Counted from the first letter of the stretch, positions 10,485-20,617 are shown. The stretch: 61,550 nt of DNA from a virus (IMGVR_UViG_3300027833_001904:1-61550); one strand, 5' to 3'. A program made the numbers and translations. Notes: generated by a model from the letters alone, not told the origin.

Positions 10485-11270
10485 ATGGCAATATTAGAAT
10501 TAGAAGTGTTAAAAGTTCAACACTACACAGATGACTTATTTCACTTTACAATAGCAAGAGATCCAGGATTAAGATTCAGAGATGGAGAATTTGTAATGAT
10601 TGGACTGAATAATTGGTCTGAAAAGCTACAAAAGAATAAACCAATTATGCGAGCATACAGTGTAGCAAGTCCTAACCACCAAGACACTATTGAATTTTAT
10701 AGTATTAAAGTGCAAGACGGACCATTAACAAGCAGATTACAGCATGTAGTTCCAGGTGACAAAATATTAGTTAATGATAAAGCAGTAGGCACACTAGTTA
10801 ATGCAAATATAAAACCAGGGCGTAATTTATATTTACTAGCAACAGGCACAGGTGTAGCACCTTTCTTATCATTAGCACGTGGAGTAGACACATACGAATA
10901 TTATGACAACGTCATTTTAGTGTGGGGTGCAAGAACAGTTGCAGAACTTCCATTTGATGCAATGTTTAGAAATCTAAACGAAGATGAAATATACCAACAT
11001 GTAACAGAAGGTAAATTTAAGTTTTATCCTACTGTCACAAGACAGTCATATGAAAACGAAGGTCGTGTAACAACAGCAATGTATGACGGCAAAGTGCAAG
11101 AAGCATTGGATTTGCCAATGCTAGATCCAGAACATGACAGAATTATGATATGTGGTAGCATACCAATGAATGAAGAATTAATAGAATGGCTAGAAGTATT
11201 AGGATTTGAAGAAGGTAATAATAAGTATCCAGGAACTTATGTAGTTGAAAGGGCGTTTGTAAGTTCATGA
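10485..11270 (+). CDS. fpr: Ferredoxin/flavodoxin-NADP+ reductase
   Basis: RAYSVAS, GPLTSRL, ATGTGVAPF, MICGS, VERAF. Confidence 0.95.
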   Translation: MAILELEVLKVQHYTDDLFHFTIARDPGLRFRDGEFVMIGLNNWSEKLQKNKPIMRAYSVASPNHQDTIEFYSIKVQDGPLTSRLQHVVPGDKILVNDKAVGTLVNANIKPGRNLYLLATGTGVAPFLSLARGVDTYEYYDNVILVWGARTVAELPFDAMFRNLNEDEIYQHVTEGKFKFYPTVTRQSYENEGRVTTAMYDGKVQEALDLPMLDPEHDRIMICGSIPMNEELIEWLEVLGFEEGNNKYPGTYVVERAFVSS

Positions 11271-12016
11271 TTTATACTGAGTTACTTGATAAGCACAGAA
11301 ATACTATTGTAAATAACTTTGAACCAGCACGGTGCGAAGAAAATGTATTTACTGAACATGACTTACATCAATTAACTTTGTATCAATTTCAAAATGCAGA
11401 TGATTTGCGTTGGACAGACTCAAGTAGCAATATCCAACCTATATTAAATGTTACACGACTGTTTGAATACTTTCCATGGATGCAAGATAAATTTGAATCT
11501 ATACTAAAACATGATTTTAGTGAACATCACACAGGTAATTATTATATTACTACACAGCTACATGACGCACACGTAGATCTAATGACAGAAGCTGAAACAG
11601 AATTTGACTGGGCAGAAAACTTAATACCATACAAAAGTTGTGTAATACCATTGGGTATCACAGCAGGCGCAGAAGCCTACACAGCATTTTTTAAGCAACG
11701 ACATATTGGAACGAGCATAACATTTGATCGTGTTGGACAAAGTTCACAAGACAAAAGCATGTATGAAATTGCACGTGAGTATCCAGATCTAGAAACAATA
11801 GATACTCCAACACTGGAAAATACAGATTATATATTCCCACACATAGATGAGGGTAATATATGTGACTTTGATTTGGAAGCGGTGTTTCCATTTCAACCCG
11901 GCAATGCATTAGTATTTGATGCATGCCAGTTACACGCAAGTTGTGTAACACGTAGACGACCAAACTTTAATTCACTGAAAACAGGAATAAATATTCAGTT
12001 TTATATTAAGGTATAA
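11267..12016 (+). CDS. Putative 2OG-Fe(II) oxygenase-fold protein (paralogue of 33727-34494)
   Basis: HDAHVD...FDACQLHAS...K-x-GINIQFY. Confidence 0.6.
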   Translation: MIYTELLDKHRNTIVNNFEPARCEENVFTEHDLHQLTLYQFQNADDLRWTDSSSNIQPILNVTRLFEYFPWMQDKFESILKHDFSEHHTGNYYITTQLHDAHVDLMTEAETEFDWAENLIPYKSCVIPLGITAGAEAYTAFFKQRHIGTSITFDRVGQSSQDKSMYEIAREYPDLETIDTPTLENTDYIFPHIDEGNICDFDLEAVFPFQPGNALVFDACQLHASCVTRRRPNFNSLKTGINIQFYIKV

Positions 12017-12024
12017 ATATTAAT

Positions 12025-12111
12025 ATGGGGTAAAACAAAATTGGCCCGGGTAGAGATTCATTGCTTGCATGTCAACACTCTTAGGACGATAGCTATCGGA
12101 CAGTTTTACCC
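12025..12111 (+). ncRNA. Candidate structured RNA after late promoter TATAAATA (12012-12019)
   Basis: GGGTAAAAC/GTTTTACCC closing stem with internal hairpins; GC-rich intergenic stretch. Confidence 0.5.
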
Positions 12112-12133
12112 TAATTAATTACAAGGAAAAAGT

Positions 12134-12886
12134 ATGCACACATTATATTTGGTGGTAAGCCAAAGTTGTATTAACCAGATGGAAATTCCATATCTGCTAA
12201 ACAACAGCCCAGATTTACATGGAACCAGTGGTCCTGGACAACATTGGGCAACATATGAATTAGATGGAAAACAAGTAGATCACGAACCAGGTCCATTAGG
12301 CAAGATTAGAGTGCATGATGATTATTGGAATCTAGACGATGAAGATAAGGAATGGTATAATTTTGATATTAGAAATACTATGGAAATTACCACAGAACAG
12401 TTAGATGGATTACTTAATATTAGTAACAAGTATTCTATTGCATTATTATTACACGCACAAAATTACAATGATGTGTGGAAATGGAGTAGATCGAAAAATG
12501 TTATTATAGTTAATCCAATAATTAGTCAATGGAAAGATGCAGTTCACACCTGGGCAGCAAGAGAATATAATTACCTAATGGAAGATGATAAAAATGCAAA
12601 TTTCAGTGGGTATGATCATGTTTGGCCAGGAACACAAGAAGTTGCAGAAAAGTTTGTAGAACGTATGGATTATGATAGTGAGATCAAAGAACTATTATCC
12701 GATAGACTTATAAAACAACCACAGTGGATGACAACTCCAGAAATATATACATTATGGGATAGTATTGGGATTACATCTCCAACAAAAGAATGGATCGATT
12801 CATATATTAATGATTACAACGAACATCAAGAATATGACATCGACGCAGTTAATGAGTTAAAGGACGCATATGATACAACTAGATAG
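12134..12886 (+). CDS. Hypothetical protein
   Basis: 250 aa ORF with AAGGA RBS. Confidence 0.75.
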   Translation: MHTLYLVVSQSCINQMEIPYLLNNSPDLHGTSGPGQHWATYELDGKQVDHEPGPLGKIRVHDDYWNLDDEDKEWYNFDIRNTMEITTEQLDGLLNISNKYSIALLLHAQNYNDVWKWSRSKNVIIVNPIISQWKDAVHTWAAREYNYLMEDDKNANFSGYDHVWPGTQEVAEKFVERMDYDSEIKELLSDRLIKQPQWMTTPEIYTLWDSIGITSPTKEWIDSYINDYNEHQEYDIDAVNELKDAYDTTR

Positions 12887-13280
12887 TATAGATACAGAAT
12901 CACAATTAAATACAACAACAACAATAGACTTTTTACCGTTTGATAACACACTTAAAATTTATGTGTTTAAAAAAGAACATGCAGTTCAGCTTAGTTTTAA
13001 ATTATCAGAACAGGCAGTATTTACTGACAGAGTAAGTATTAAAGATATGGAAATTATTTGTCAAGAATGGAACAATGGTGGTGTAAATGGAATTGAGACT
13101 TGGATGGGAAAGGTATATTGGGAAGAACGTAAAGTCGGACCAAGACCTGACTGCAAACCAGCAAGTTTTGTTGCTATACAATTTAATAAGTGGAACTTCC
13201 GACTTACAATTAAAGAAATGGAAGATGTTATTAATGAGTTCAATAAGCAGTTAAAAGGCGACAATCATTGGGATGAATGA
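12870..13280 (+). CDS. Hypothetical protein
   Basis: Coupled ORF with AAGGA RBS. Confidence 0.7.
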   Translation: MIQLDSIDTESQLNTTTTIDFLPFDNTLKIYVFKKEHAVQLSFKLSEQAVFTDRVSIKDMEIICQEWNNGGVNGIETWMGKVYWEERKVGPRPDCKPASFVAIQFNKWNFRLTIKEMEDVINEFNKQLKGDNHWDE

Positions 13281-13789
13281 TAAATAGCTATATGGACATA
13301 TATAAAAAAGACAAGGTAGTAACATATGCATTAACAACCGCATTGGTGTTGTTACTCGGTAGCCTTGCCTGTATGTTTTATTCATATGTTAAATTACAAC
13401 AAGCATATCCTTTAGAAAACCTACGTGGTGCAGTTATACAACCAATAGCAACAGATGACGATATGTTAGAGTTTCAAGGAACATATGATAGATATGTAAA
13501 GTGTAATATGCTCAGATTTGATGTGCATCTATACAATGAAGAAACCCAAGATATTATTACGTTAACACCAGTTCATTTAGCAAAACCAGTTCCAATCATT
13601 CCAGAACCAGGACTAGACATAAAAACACAATTTGCATTATTCATGCCAAAAACAATATATCCAGGCAAATGGAAACCTTCATTTACAGGTTTTTACATAT
13701 GTCAACTAGGAATATTTGTAGATCAAAAAACACAAGTAATTAACCCAGAAGCGTTTATAATACAAGCGGCCCCCATTACAAAAGAATAG
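13277..13789 (+). CDS. Membrane-anchored hypothetical protein
   Basis: N-terminal hydrophobic helix. Confidence 0.7.
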   Translation: MINSYMDIYKKDKVVTYALTTALVLLLGSLACMFYSYVKLQQAYPLENLRGAVIQPIATDDDMLEFQGTYDRYVKCNMLRFDVHLYNEETQDIITLTPVHLAKPVPIIPEPGLDIKTQFALFMPKTIYPGKWKPSFTGFYICQLGIFVDQKTQVINPEAFIIQAAPITKE

Positions 13790-13790
13790 G

Positions 13791-13819
13791 TTGACAAAAC
13801 CAAGACTTCTTGTTATAAT
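13791..13819 (+). promoter_or_regulatory. Early promoter, variant of the CCAAGAC family
   Basis: TTGACA-AAACCAAGACTTCTTGT-TATAAT. Confidence 0.8.
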
Positions 13820-13848
13820 ATACACTATTATGATAAATGGAGAACACT

Positions 13849-14016
13849 ATGTTTCTAGGTAAAATTCAAAAGAAAAAGTTATTTGAAAAGCTATTTGCAA
13901 AAGAGCAAATGAAAATTAAATCAACTTCCCCAACATTAAGCAAAAAGTCAATAAATTTATTAGCCGAATGGGCAGCAGAAAATCACATTCAGAATTTAGA
14001 GAATCATGGCGAATAA
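13849..14016 (+). CDS. Small hypothetical protein (55 aa, not in ORF track)
   Basis: GGAGA RBS; ATG..TAA read manually (MFLGKIQKKKLFEK...). Confidence 0.6.
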   Translation: MFLGKIQKKKLFEKLFAKEQMKIKSTSPTLSKKSINLLAEWAAENHIQNLENHGE

Positions 14017-14218
14017 CATAGAAGAAGCGTTTACTCCTAAAGACACGTGTAGCATTTGCGATAGTCCATATGATGAAGACGCAGGTGGAATACAAGGACA
14101 CTTTGGTATATTACCAGTTACGTTTTGTGAATGGTGTTATAGTAGCATCTACAGTATGGTCGAACAAGACATCAGAGATAATTTAGAACCAGAGCCCTGT
14201 GGAATGAGTAGAAAATAA
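14006..14218 (+). CDS. Small zinc-finger-like protein
   Basis: CSIC...CEWC. Confidence 0.65.
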   Translation: MANNIEEAFTPKDTCSICDSPYDEDAGGIQGHFGILPVTFCEWCYSSIYSMVEQDIRDNLEPEPCGMSRK

Positions 14219-14233
14219 AGCATAAATAAAACT

Positions 14234-15238
14234 ATGCTTTACTCAACCATAAACAGTCTTCAATTTGATTTAAACGTTACTTGCAATGCATATTGCCCTG
14301 GTTGCCATAGACATACAATGGTAAACGGCGAGATGTATATGAATCCATTCCTACCATTTAATACTAGTCTTAATATTGATATAGTAGAACGTGTAATGGA
14401 AAACCCAAGACTTAGCGATAATGTAGAAGTAGACTTTGTAGGATTAGTAGGCGAGCCTATTGCTCATCAACAATTTCTAGAGATTATAGATATTATCTAT
14501 AAGCATAGACCAAATGCAAGAGTTAATATTCACACAAATGGTGGATTGCGTTCCGTAGAGTTCTTTACACAGCTTGCTAAAAAATTAAAAGATAAATCTC
14601 ATCAAGTGCAATTTTCAATCGATGGATTAGAAGATACAAACAGTTTATATCGTGTAGGTGTAAATTGGGATAAAGTAATGGAAAATCTACAAGCATTTAT
14701 AGATGCTGGTGGTCGTGCAGTATGGAAGTTTTTGCTTTTTCCATACAATAAACATCAAACAGAAGAAGCAAGACAATTGGCATTTTCAATGGGAGTTAAA
14801 AACTTTCGTCCAGAGAGAAATAGAGACGAAGGACAAGAACTGTATACACGTTATATGAAAGCATATAAAAAGTTTCACCCAAAAACACTAGGTGAAAAAG
14901 GCCATGCACAGGACAAAGGATATGACATAAATCAGTTTAACGAATCCCAAGGCATTGCAAATAGATGCTTTGACGAAGATGCAATTTATATAAATTACGA
15001 AGGCGTAGTATTACCATGTTGTATGTTTAATTCTGGATTAACAGATGAATCATATATGAAAGAGATGGTCCCATATATTAAAGGAAATACTTGCCATCAA
15101 AATGATGATGAAAATTGGAATAGCCTATATCATAATACATTAGAAGATGTTATGAATAATAGCTGGTGGGACAAGTTATATGGCGATTTAGACACAACTC
15201 CATGCACCGTTTGTGTGCATTCTTGCGGAATTCATTAA
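14234..15238 (+). CDS. Radical SAM protein with SPASM/twitch domain (paralogue 1)
   Basis: CNAYCPGC, GEP, HTNGG, FSIDG; C-terminal C...PCC...CxxCxxxC. Confidence 0.9.
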   Translation: MLYSTINSLQFDLNVTCNAYCPGCHRHTMVNGEMYMNPFLPFNTSLNIDIVERVMENPRLSDNVEVDFVGLVGEPIAHQQFLEIIDIIYKHRPNARVNIHTNGGLRSVEFFTQLAKKLKDKSHQVQFSIDGLEDTNSLYRVGVNWDKVMENLQAFIDAGGRAVWKFLLFPYNKHQTEEARQLAFSMGVKNFRPERNRDEGQELYTRYMKAYKKFHPKTLGEKGHAQDKGYDINQFNESQGIANRCFDEDAIYINYEGVVLPCCMFNSGLTDESYMKEMVPYIKGNTCHQNDDENWNSLYHNTLEDVMNNSWWDKLYGDLDTTPCTVCVHSCGIH

Positions 15239-15266
15239 AAAAGACGAAAAAAGATGCATTTTTCGG

Positions 15267-15295
15267 TTGACAACCAAGACATCTTAGTGTATATT
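15267..15295 (+). promoter_or_regulatory. Repeated early promoter TTGACAACCAAGACATCTT (copy 1)
   Basis: TTGACA-ACCAAGACATCTTAGTG-TATATT. Confidence 0.85.
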
Positions 15296-15327
15296 GTATA
15301 TATAAGCTAATAAAACAGGAGTTGAAA

Positions 15328-15666
15328 ATGCAAAACGAAATCCAAACATTGATCCAAAAATGTAAAGTAGATTATACAAAGTTTGTTACTGCTAGTGATC
15401 GTGGAACACCAGATCCAGATAGTTACTTTGGTAAAACACTTGCTAACTTTGAAAATAGTTTCACTATTAAAGAAGGCAAAAAGTATATTAAGATTATACG
15501 TGATAATGGTGTATGGGGCTTTATTGTTAAAGAAGATGGTCCTAAGTTTAAAAAAGGTGATATCCTTAAAGCTGCAGGTTGGAATGCTCCAGCAACAAAT
15601 GCCGCACGTGGTAACATTTTTGAAGACTTTAGTGTTGCGTGGACAGGTCCACATTACTTGAAATAA
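15328..15666 (+). CDS. Conserved phage hypothetical protein
   Basis: GKKYIKI...VWGFI...GDILKAAGWNAPA...RGNIF; AGGAG RBS. Confidence 0.8.
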   Translation: MQNEIQTLIQKCKVDYTKFVTASDRGTPDPDSYFGKTLANFENSFTIKEGKKYIKIIRDNGVWGFIVKEDGPKFKKGDILKAAGWNAPATNAARGNIFEDFSVAWTGPHYLK

Positions 15667-15676
15667 GGAAAAGCAA

Positions 15677-15829
15677 ATGAGTAAAACAGGAAACTGGGTA
15701 TTAGAAATGCAAGAAGATGCGTATGATATGACTCTTGCAGAATTTATTAAAAAACACGGCGAAAGCCAATCATCACTTTGGCATCAAACACAAGAAGAAG
15801 CCGAAGAAGGGGTTCTTATTGATGAGTAA
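15677..15829 (+). CDS. Small hypothetical protein (50 aa, not in ORF track)
   Basis: AAGGA RBS; MSKTGNWVLEMQEDA... read manually. Confidence 0.65.
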   Translation: MSKTGNWVLEMQEDAYDMTLAEFIKKHGESQSSLWHQTQEEAEEGVLIDE

Positions 15830-16082
15830 GGCTATTCAGCGTTACCTCAAACCCACACTATTCAAGCCTAAGGGTTCTGTATTCGAAGGCTTGATATGGA
15901 AACAACCTAACTCAAAAGGCACAGACACATATGATGTTGTATGCACCGAAAAAGGTTTTACTTGTGATTGTCCAGGCTTTACATTCCGTGGCAAGTGCAA
16001 GCACAGTTTAGAAGTGCTAACACGAGTAGAAACAGCATTAGATGACAAGCACCCACAATACAGATGGGAGTTTGCACAATGA
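15822..16082 (+). CDS. SWIM zinc-finger protein
   Basis: CDCPGFTFRGKCKH; likely start ATG 15822. Confidence 0.8.
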   Translation: MSKAIQRYLKPTLFKPKGSVFEGLIWKQPNSKGTDTYDVVCTEKGFTCDCPGFTFRGKCKHSLEVLTRVETALDDKHPQYRWEFAQ

Positions 16083-16804
16083 CAATTGCATATGTATTTG
16101 ATGTAGACGGAACACTAACACCAAGTCGTGAACGAATAGACTTTACGTTTGGTAAATTCTTCTACGAGTTTTGTTTGCACAATGATGTATATTTGGTCAC
16201 AGGAAGTGATAAAAGCAAAACAGTAGAACAAGTAGGTAACATTATATACAGTGGTGCTAAACGTGTGTATAATTGCAGTGGAAACGATGCATATGAAAAC
16301 TTTACTAATGTATATCGCAACGAATGGTCTCTACCAGAAGAACCTTGGAAATATTTAGAGAATAGATTAAACCATAGTAACTTTGGACAAAAATCAGGAC
16401 ATCATTTTGACGAACGTCCTGGGTTATTAAACTTTAGTGTTGTTGGAAGAAAATGCACAGCACAACAACGCAAGGATTATGTGTTGTATGATACATATCA
16501 TAAAGAACGTGAAAATATCTCAAAAGAATTTAATACAGCATATGGCGACAAATATAATATCATGTCAACTGTAGCTGGTGAAACAGGAATAGATATAACA
16601 CAACAAGGTTGTGGTAAAGCACAAATACTTAAAGACTTAGACTACGAAGAAATAATCTTCTTTGGTGACAAAACTATGACAGGTGGGAATGACTATGATA
16701 TTGCACAAGCACTAATAGGCATGGGCCATACTGTATTTTCAGTAAAGGAATGGGAAGATACTTATCGTATTTTAACACAAATGCATGAAACCCATACGAT
16801 CTGA
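16079..16804 (+). CDS. HAD-IIB hydrolase, eukaryote-type phosphomannomutase-like
   Basis: FDVDGTLT, VTGSD, RPGLLNFSVVGR, FFGDK...GGNDY. Confidence 0.85.
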   Translation: MTIAYVFDVDGTLTPSRERIDFTFGKFFYEFCLHNDVYLVTGSDKSKTVEQVGNIIYSGAKRVYNCSGNDAYENFTNVYRNEWSLPEEPWKYLENRLNHSNFGQKSGHHFDERPGLLNFSVVGRKCTAQQRKDYVLYDTYHKERENISKEFNTAYGDKYNIMSTVAGETGIDITQQGCGKAQILKDLDYEEIIFFGDKTMTGGNDYDIAQALIGMGHTVFSVKEWEDTYRILTQMHETHTI

Positions 16805-16973
16805 TAAACAATGGACATGGATGCCCAAGCGTATGAGCAGTGGAAAACTAGTATTCTGCACATACTATTATTATGAAGAATTCCTAAGAACAGCAGACCC
16901 TAGACACAATTGGGTTCATAGATATGAATATTCCAAACGAGAATATTTTATAAAAATACTTTCAGAAAAATAA
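16785..16973 (+). CDS. Hypothetical protein
   Basis: Coupled 62 aa ORF ending just before a terminator. Confidence 0.6.
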   Translation: MKPIRSDKQWTWMPKRMSSGKLVFCTYYYYEEFLRTADPRHNWVHRYEYSKREYFIKILSEK

Positions 16974-16974
16974 C

Positions 16975-17043
16975 AAGCCCTTGTAATGCAAGGGTTTTTT
17001 CTTTACGAATTCGGTTGACAACCAAGACATCTTAGTGTATATT
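16975..17043 (+). repeat. Terminator plus repeated early promoter unit (copy 2)
   Basis: CCCTTG-TAATG-CAAGGG-TTTTTT then TTGACAACCAAGACATCTTAGTG-TATATT; very similar to 60016-60084. Confidence 0.85.
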
Positions 17044-17078
17044 AGTAGTATAAGTTAAACAAACAGAAAGATTACAAC

Positions 17079-17369
17079 ATGTCAAATTATGCAACATTAA
17101 CAGAATCAATTAACACTGCAACTTTTAATGCAGAAAACTGGAATGCTGATGGTAGCATTAACTGGAGTTTTGTTGATGCAGATGCGTTTGATGAGTGTAA
17201 TAAATTGTTTGACGGAACAGCATTGTTTTACGAAGCATTTGATGAAATTGTAACAAATATGCGTAATGAAATGCGTGAAGAAGCACGTAGCGAAATGGAT
17301 TTATTGCAACGGTATCCAAATGCAATAGAGCAATTAGAAGTATTGAAAACAGACTTTTTAGGACAGTAA
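17079..17369 (+). CDS. Hypothetical early protein
   Basis: 96 aa ORF after repeated promoter. Confidence 0.7.
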   Translation: MSNYATLTESINTATFNAENWNADGSINWSFVDADAFDECNKLFDGTALFYEAFDEIVTNMRNEMREEARSEMDLLQRYPNAIEQLEVLKTDFLGQ

Positions 17370-17371
17370 TT

Positions 17372-17884
17372 ATGGATTTACAAACACAAGCACAAATATT
17401 TGCAACAGCGGCCCACGCCGCAATTGGGCAAAAACGTAAATATAGCGGAGACGATTATATTGTTCATCCTGCTCGAGTAGCCAGTATTGTTATGCGACAT
17501 GGTGGCACAGACGAGATGGTTGCCGCTGCTTGGTTGCATGATACTGTAGAAGATACTGATGTTACACCTATTCTTATCACTAAGATGTTTGGTGTTGATG
17601 TTGCAGATATCGTCGAAGGTCTTACTGATATTAGTTTACCCGAGGATGGTAATAGAGCAAAGCGTAAGTCAATTGACCGTATGCACAGTGCAAATGCATC
17701 AACTGAAGCACAGTTTGTAAAGTGTGCAGACATTGTTGACAACAGTTGGGATATTGCTGAAAACGATCTACATTTTGCAAAAGTATACAAATCAGAAGTA
17801 TTTCTTTTGTTAAATGCAATGACCAAAGTCAAGCATACTGAGATTTGGGAACAAGCAATGCAAAGCGTAGAGTTAATGCCTTAA
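17372..17884 (+). CDS. HD-domain hydrolase, (p)ppGpp hydrolase/Mesh1-like
   Basis: AHAAIGQKRK...YIVHP...AAAWLHDTVEDT...VKCAD. Confidence 0.85.
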   Translation: MDLQTQAQIFATAAHAAIGQKRKYSGDDYIVHPARVASIVMRHGGTDEMVAAAWLHDTVEDTDVTPILITKMFGVDVADIVEGLTDISLPEDGNRAKRKSIDRMHSANASTEAQFVKCADIVDNSWDIAENDLHFAKVYKSEVFLLLNAMTKVKHTEIWEQAMQSVELMP

Positions 17885-17906
17885 TTGGCATTAACTAAAT
17901 ACTTGT

Positions 17907-18905
17907 ATGCTTTATAAGAAAATAGATACAGTTGAGTTCGATCTTAACACAGTATGCAATAGTTATTGTCCGCCTTGTCATAGATATACAGTCCAAGACG
18001 GTGAGCTATTTCATAACCCACATGTAAAATTAGGTGTTAACTTAGAGTTAGACGTAATTGAGCGAGTGTTTGAGAACAGTAGAATTGCAGATGATTGTTT
18101 TGTCGATCTTGTAGGATTAGTAGGCGAACCAATTGCACACCCAAAGTTTATGGAAATTATAGATATTATCTATAAGCACAAACCTCATGCTGGAATAAAC
18201 TTACATACAAATGGTGGATTACGCACTGAAAAAATGTTCTATGATTTAGGCAAAAAGTTTAACAAGCACAGTTGGGTTAAATTTTCAATAGATGGATTAG
18301 AAGATACAAATGGTATATATCGTATTGGAGTAGACTATAATAAAGTAGTTGCAAATATGCGAGCATTCATAGATGGCGGAGGCCGTGCAATATGGAAATT
18401 TGTTACATTTCCGTGGAATGAACATCAAGTAGAACAAGCCGAAGCCTTAGCAAAAGAATATGGTTGCTATAAATTTCAACAAGATTGGGATGTGCATGAC
18501 CAAGATATACATGGATACATGGCTGCTGCACAGAAGAAAATTAATAAAAAGGTAGCGGCAGTAAGTGGTGGAGATGTTGAATTACCTGAGTTTGAATCAT
18601 ACACAATAGAAGATCGATGCTTTACATATAAAAAGATATATGTAAATGCACATGGATACGTTATCCCATGTTGTATGTTTAACGGTGCATTTACATATGT
18701 TAATTATAGAGAACAAACACTGAATTTTATTAAAGAAGGCAGAGACGAATACTGGAACAGTTTATATCATAATGACTTAGAAAGTATAATGAGTGATACA
18801 TGGTGGCAAAAACTAAAAGACAGTTTTGATGGCAATGCCTGTAACGTGTGTGTCAATGCGTGTAGTAATAATTCTGTAATTAAAAATGAACGCTATTTTG
18901 ATTGA
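17907..18905 (+). CDS. Radical SAM protein with SPASM/twitch domain (paralogue 2)
   Basis: CNSYCPPC, GEP, HTNGG, FSIDG; PCC...CNVCVNAC. Confidence 0.9.
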   Translation: MLYKKIDTVEFDLNTVCNSYCPPCHRYTVQDGELFHNPHVKLGVNLELDVIERVFENSRIADDCFVDLVGLVGEPIAHPKFMEIIDIIYKHKPHAGINLHTNGGLRTEKMFYDLGKKFNKHSWVKFSIDGLEDTNGIYRIGVDYNKVVANMRAFIDGGGRAIWKFVTFPWNEHQVEQAEALAKEYGCYKFQQDWDVHDQDIHGYMAAAQKKINKKVAAVSGGDVELPEFESYTIEDRCFTYKKIYVNAHGYVIPCCMFNGAFTYVNYREQTLNFIKEGRDEYWNSLYHNDLESIMSDTWWQKLKDSFDGNACNVCVNACSNNSVIKNERYFD

Positions 18906-18930
18906 CTTTATTCACTTAATAGTGTATTAT
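18902..18930 (+). promoter_or_regulatory. Sigma70-type promoter
   Basis: TTGACT-17nt-TATTAT. Confidence 0.65.
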
Positions 18931-18957
18931 ATAAATTAACAAATAAAGGAAAGAACA

Positions 18958-19185
18958 ATGATTTTAGAACTATTTAGTAACCCGTTAACATGGATGATGG
19001 CATTCTTTGTTATTGTATGTGCATGGCATAATTTTAAAGTTGGATACAAGCAAGGAGTCGCTGAAGGGGTAGACGTAGTTTTAGAAATGCTTAATGCAGA
19101 AAAATTAATAGATTTAGAAACTGGCGCTAATGGAGAAGTTATTATTCATGCCAGAGATGGCAGTTCAAGGAAGAAAGCTGGTTAG
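18958..19185 (+). CDS. Small membrane-anchored hypothetical protein
   Basis: N-terminal TM helix; GYKQGVAEG. Confidence 0.7.
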   Translation: MILELFSNPLTWMMAFFVIVCAWHNFKVGYKQGVAEGVDVVLEMLNAEKLIDLETGANGEVIIHARDGSSRKKAG

Positions 19186-20025
19186 ATGTATAGTAAGCAA
19201 GAATTACTAGATAAAAAACAAGCTGCCAACCTTGCATTAGAAAAATCAGAGGCACTAGAAACAAAATTTGCAGATAGATTTGAGATGGCAAGTTCATTGT
19301 TTGCAGTGTTAGACAAGCAACTTTTTATTGAATGTAATGATCTTGAACCAAACGATTCATATAGAATTGAAACATGGAAAGATGAAAATGTTCCAGATAA
19401 AAGTTATTCCTTGAATCACATTGGACCTGTGTTTGGATTTGATATTGATACTATGACAGGACCAGAAAGTTGGTATGATGAAGAATGTGGTGTAGATGAT
19501 TATGTGTTACGTAGAAAATGTTACATATATGATTGGACTGCAGAAAAATTAAAAGTAAACTTTCCAGAACTAACATATTTTACAGATTTACATAAAGAGT
19601 TTGTTCCAGTATTGCAACACTATTATAATGAATGTTTTGAGGATCAACATATAGATATTGCAAAAACGTTGCATAAACTTATGGTTATTGAATACTCGCA
19701 TCCAACTGCAAACGCTGGAACTATTATAGAACATAAAAAACACAATACAGATAGATTTGGCGATATACATTGTGACGAAACATTAGGTGGATTACACTTA
19801 GGTGAAAACGTAGTAGAATTTTATATACAGAATCACCTAACAAAAGAACGTAACTATGTAAGCGAATTATCAGAGAATAACACATTATGGTTCTTTGGTG
19901 AATTTAGTGAACGCAGTGGGTGGCAACCTAGTATGCATGGAATGAAACACAATCCAAGTGATGATACTTGGAAAAGATATAGTATAATTTTTGACTTACA
20001 AGCAAGATATAATGGAGAAGAATAA
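19186..20025 (+). CDS. Putative 2OG-Fe(II) oxygenase (IPNS-like fold)
   Basis: HCD...MHG...RYS (HxD...H...RxS). Confidence 0.6.
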   Translation: MYSKQELLDKKQAANLALEKSEALETKFADRFEMASSLFAVLDKQLFIECNDLEPNDSYRIETWKDENVPDKSYSLNHIGPVFGFDIDTMTGPESWYDEECGVDDYVLRRKCYIYDWTAEKLKVNFPELTYFTDLHKEFVPVLQHYYNECFEDQHIDIAKTLHKLMVIEYSHPTANAGTIIEHKKHNTDRFGDIHCDETLGGLHLGENVVEFYIQNHLTKERNYVSELSENNTLWFFGEFSERSGWQPSMHGMKHNPSDDTWKRYSIIFDLQARYNGEE

Positions 20026-20026
20026 A

Positions 20027-20617
20027 ATGGCATTAGTACCAATGGTGGTCGAGCAAACAGGCCGCGGAGAAAGAAGTTACGATATTTACAGTCGTCTATT
20101 AAAAGATCGTATTGTAATGTTAACAGGAGAAGTAAACGACATGACTGCTAATTTAGTAGTTGCACAGATGTTGTTTTTAGAATCACAAAATAGTGCAGAA
20201 GATATTAATTTTTATATTAATAGTCCAGGCGGTGCAGTTACAGCCGGGCTTGGAATTTATGACACAATGCAGTTTATTAAATCTTCAGTAAGCACAATTG
20301 TAATGGGACAAGCATGTAGCATGGGTAGTTTCCTTTCACAAGCAGGCGAACCAGGCAAGCGTTTAGTATTGCCAAACTCACGCACAATGATTCACCAACC
20401 AAGTGGTGGTGCAGGTGGACAAGCAACTGATATGCAAATTCAAGTTGATGAGATTCTCAAGATGAAAAAGAATCTAACACAAATTTATGTTAAACATAAT
20501 AGTGCAGGCAAAACATATGAAGAATTAGAAGCGGCAATGGAACGTGATAATTTTATGAGTGCCGAAGAAGCAGTTGCATATGGACTTGCTGATAAAGTTA
20601 TCGAACGAAAAGTATAA
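20027..20617 (+). CDS. clpP: ATP-dependent Clp protease proteolytic subunit
   Basis: [42 protein letters not shown]. Confidence 0.97.
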   Translation: MALVPMVVEQTGRGERSYDIYSRLLKDRIVMLTGEVNDMTANLVVAQMLFLESQNSAEDINFYINSPGGAVTAGLGIYDTMQFIKSSVSTIVMGQACSMGSFLSQAGEPGKRLVLPNSRTMIHQPSGGAGGQATDMQIQVDEILKMKKNLTQIYVKHNSAGKTYEELEAAMERDNFMSAEEAVAYGLADKVIERKV

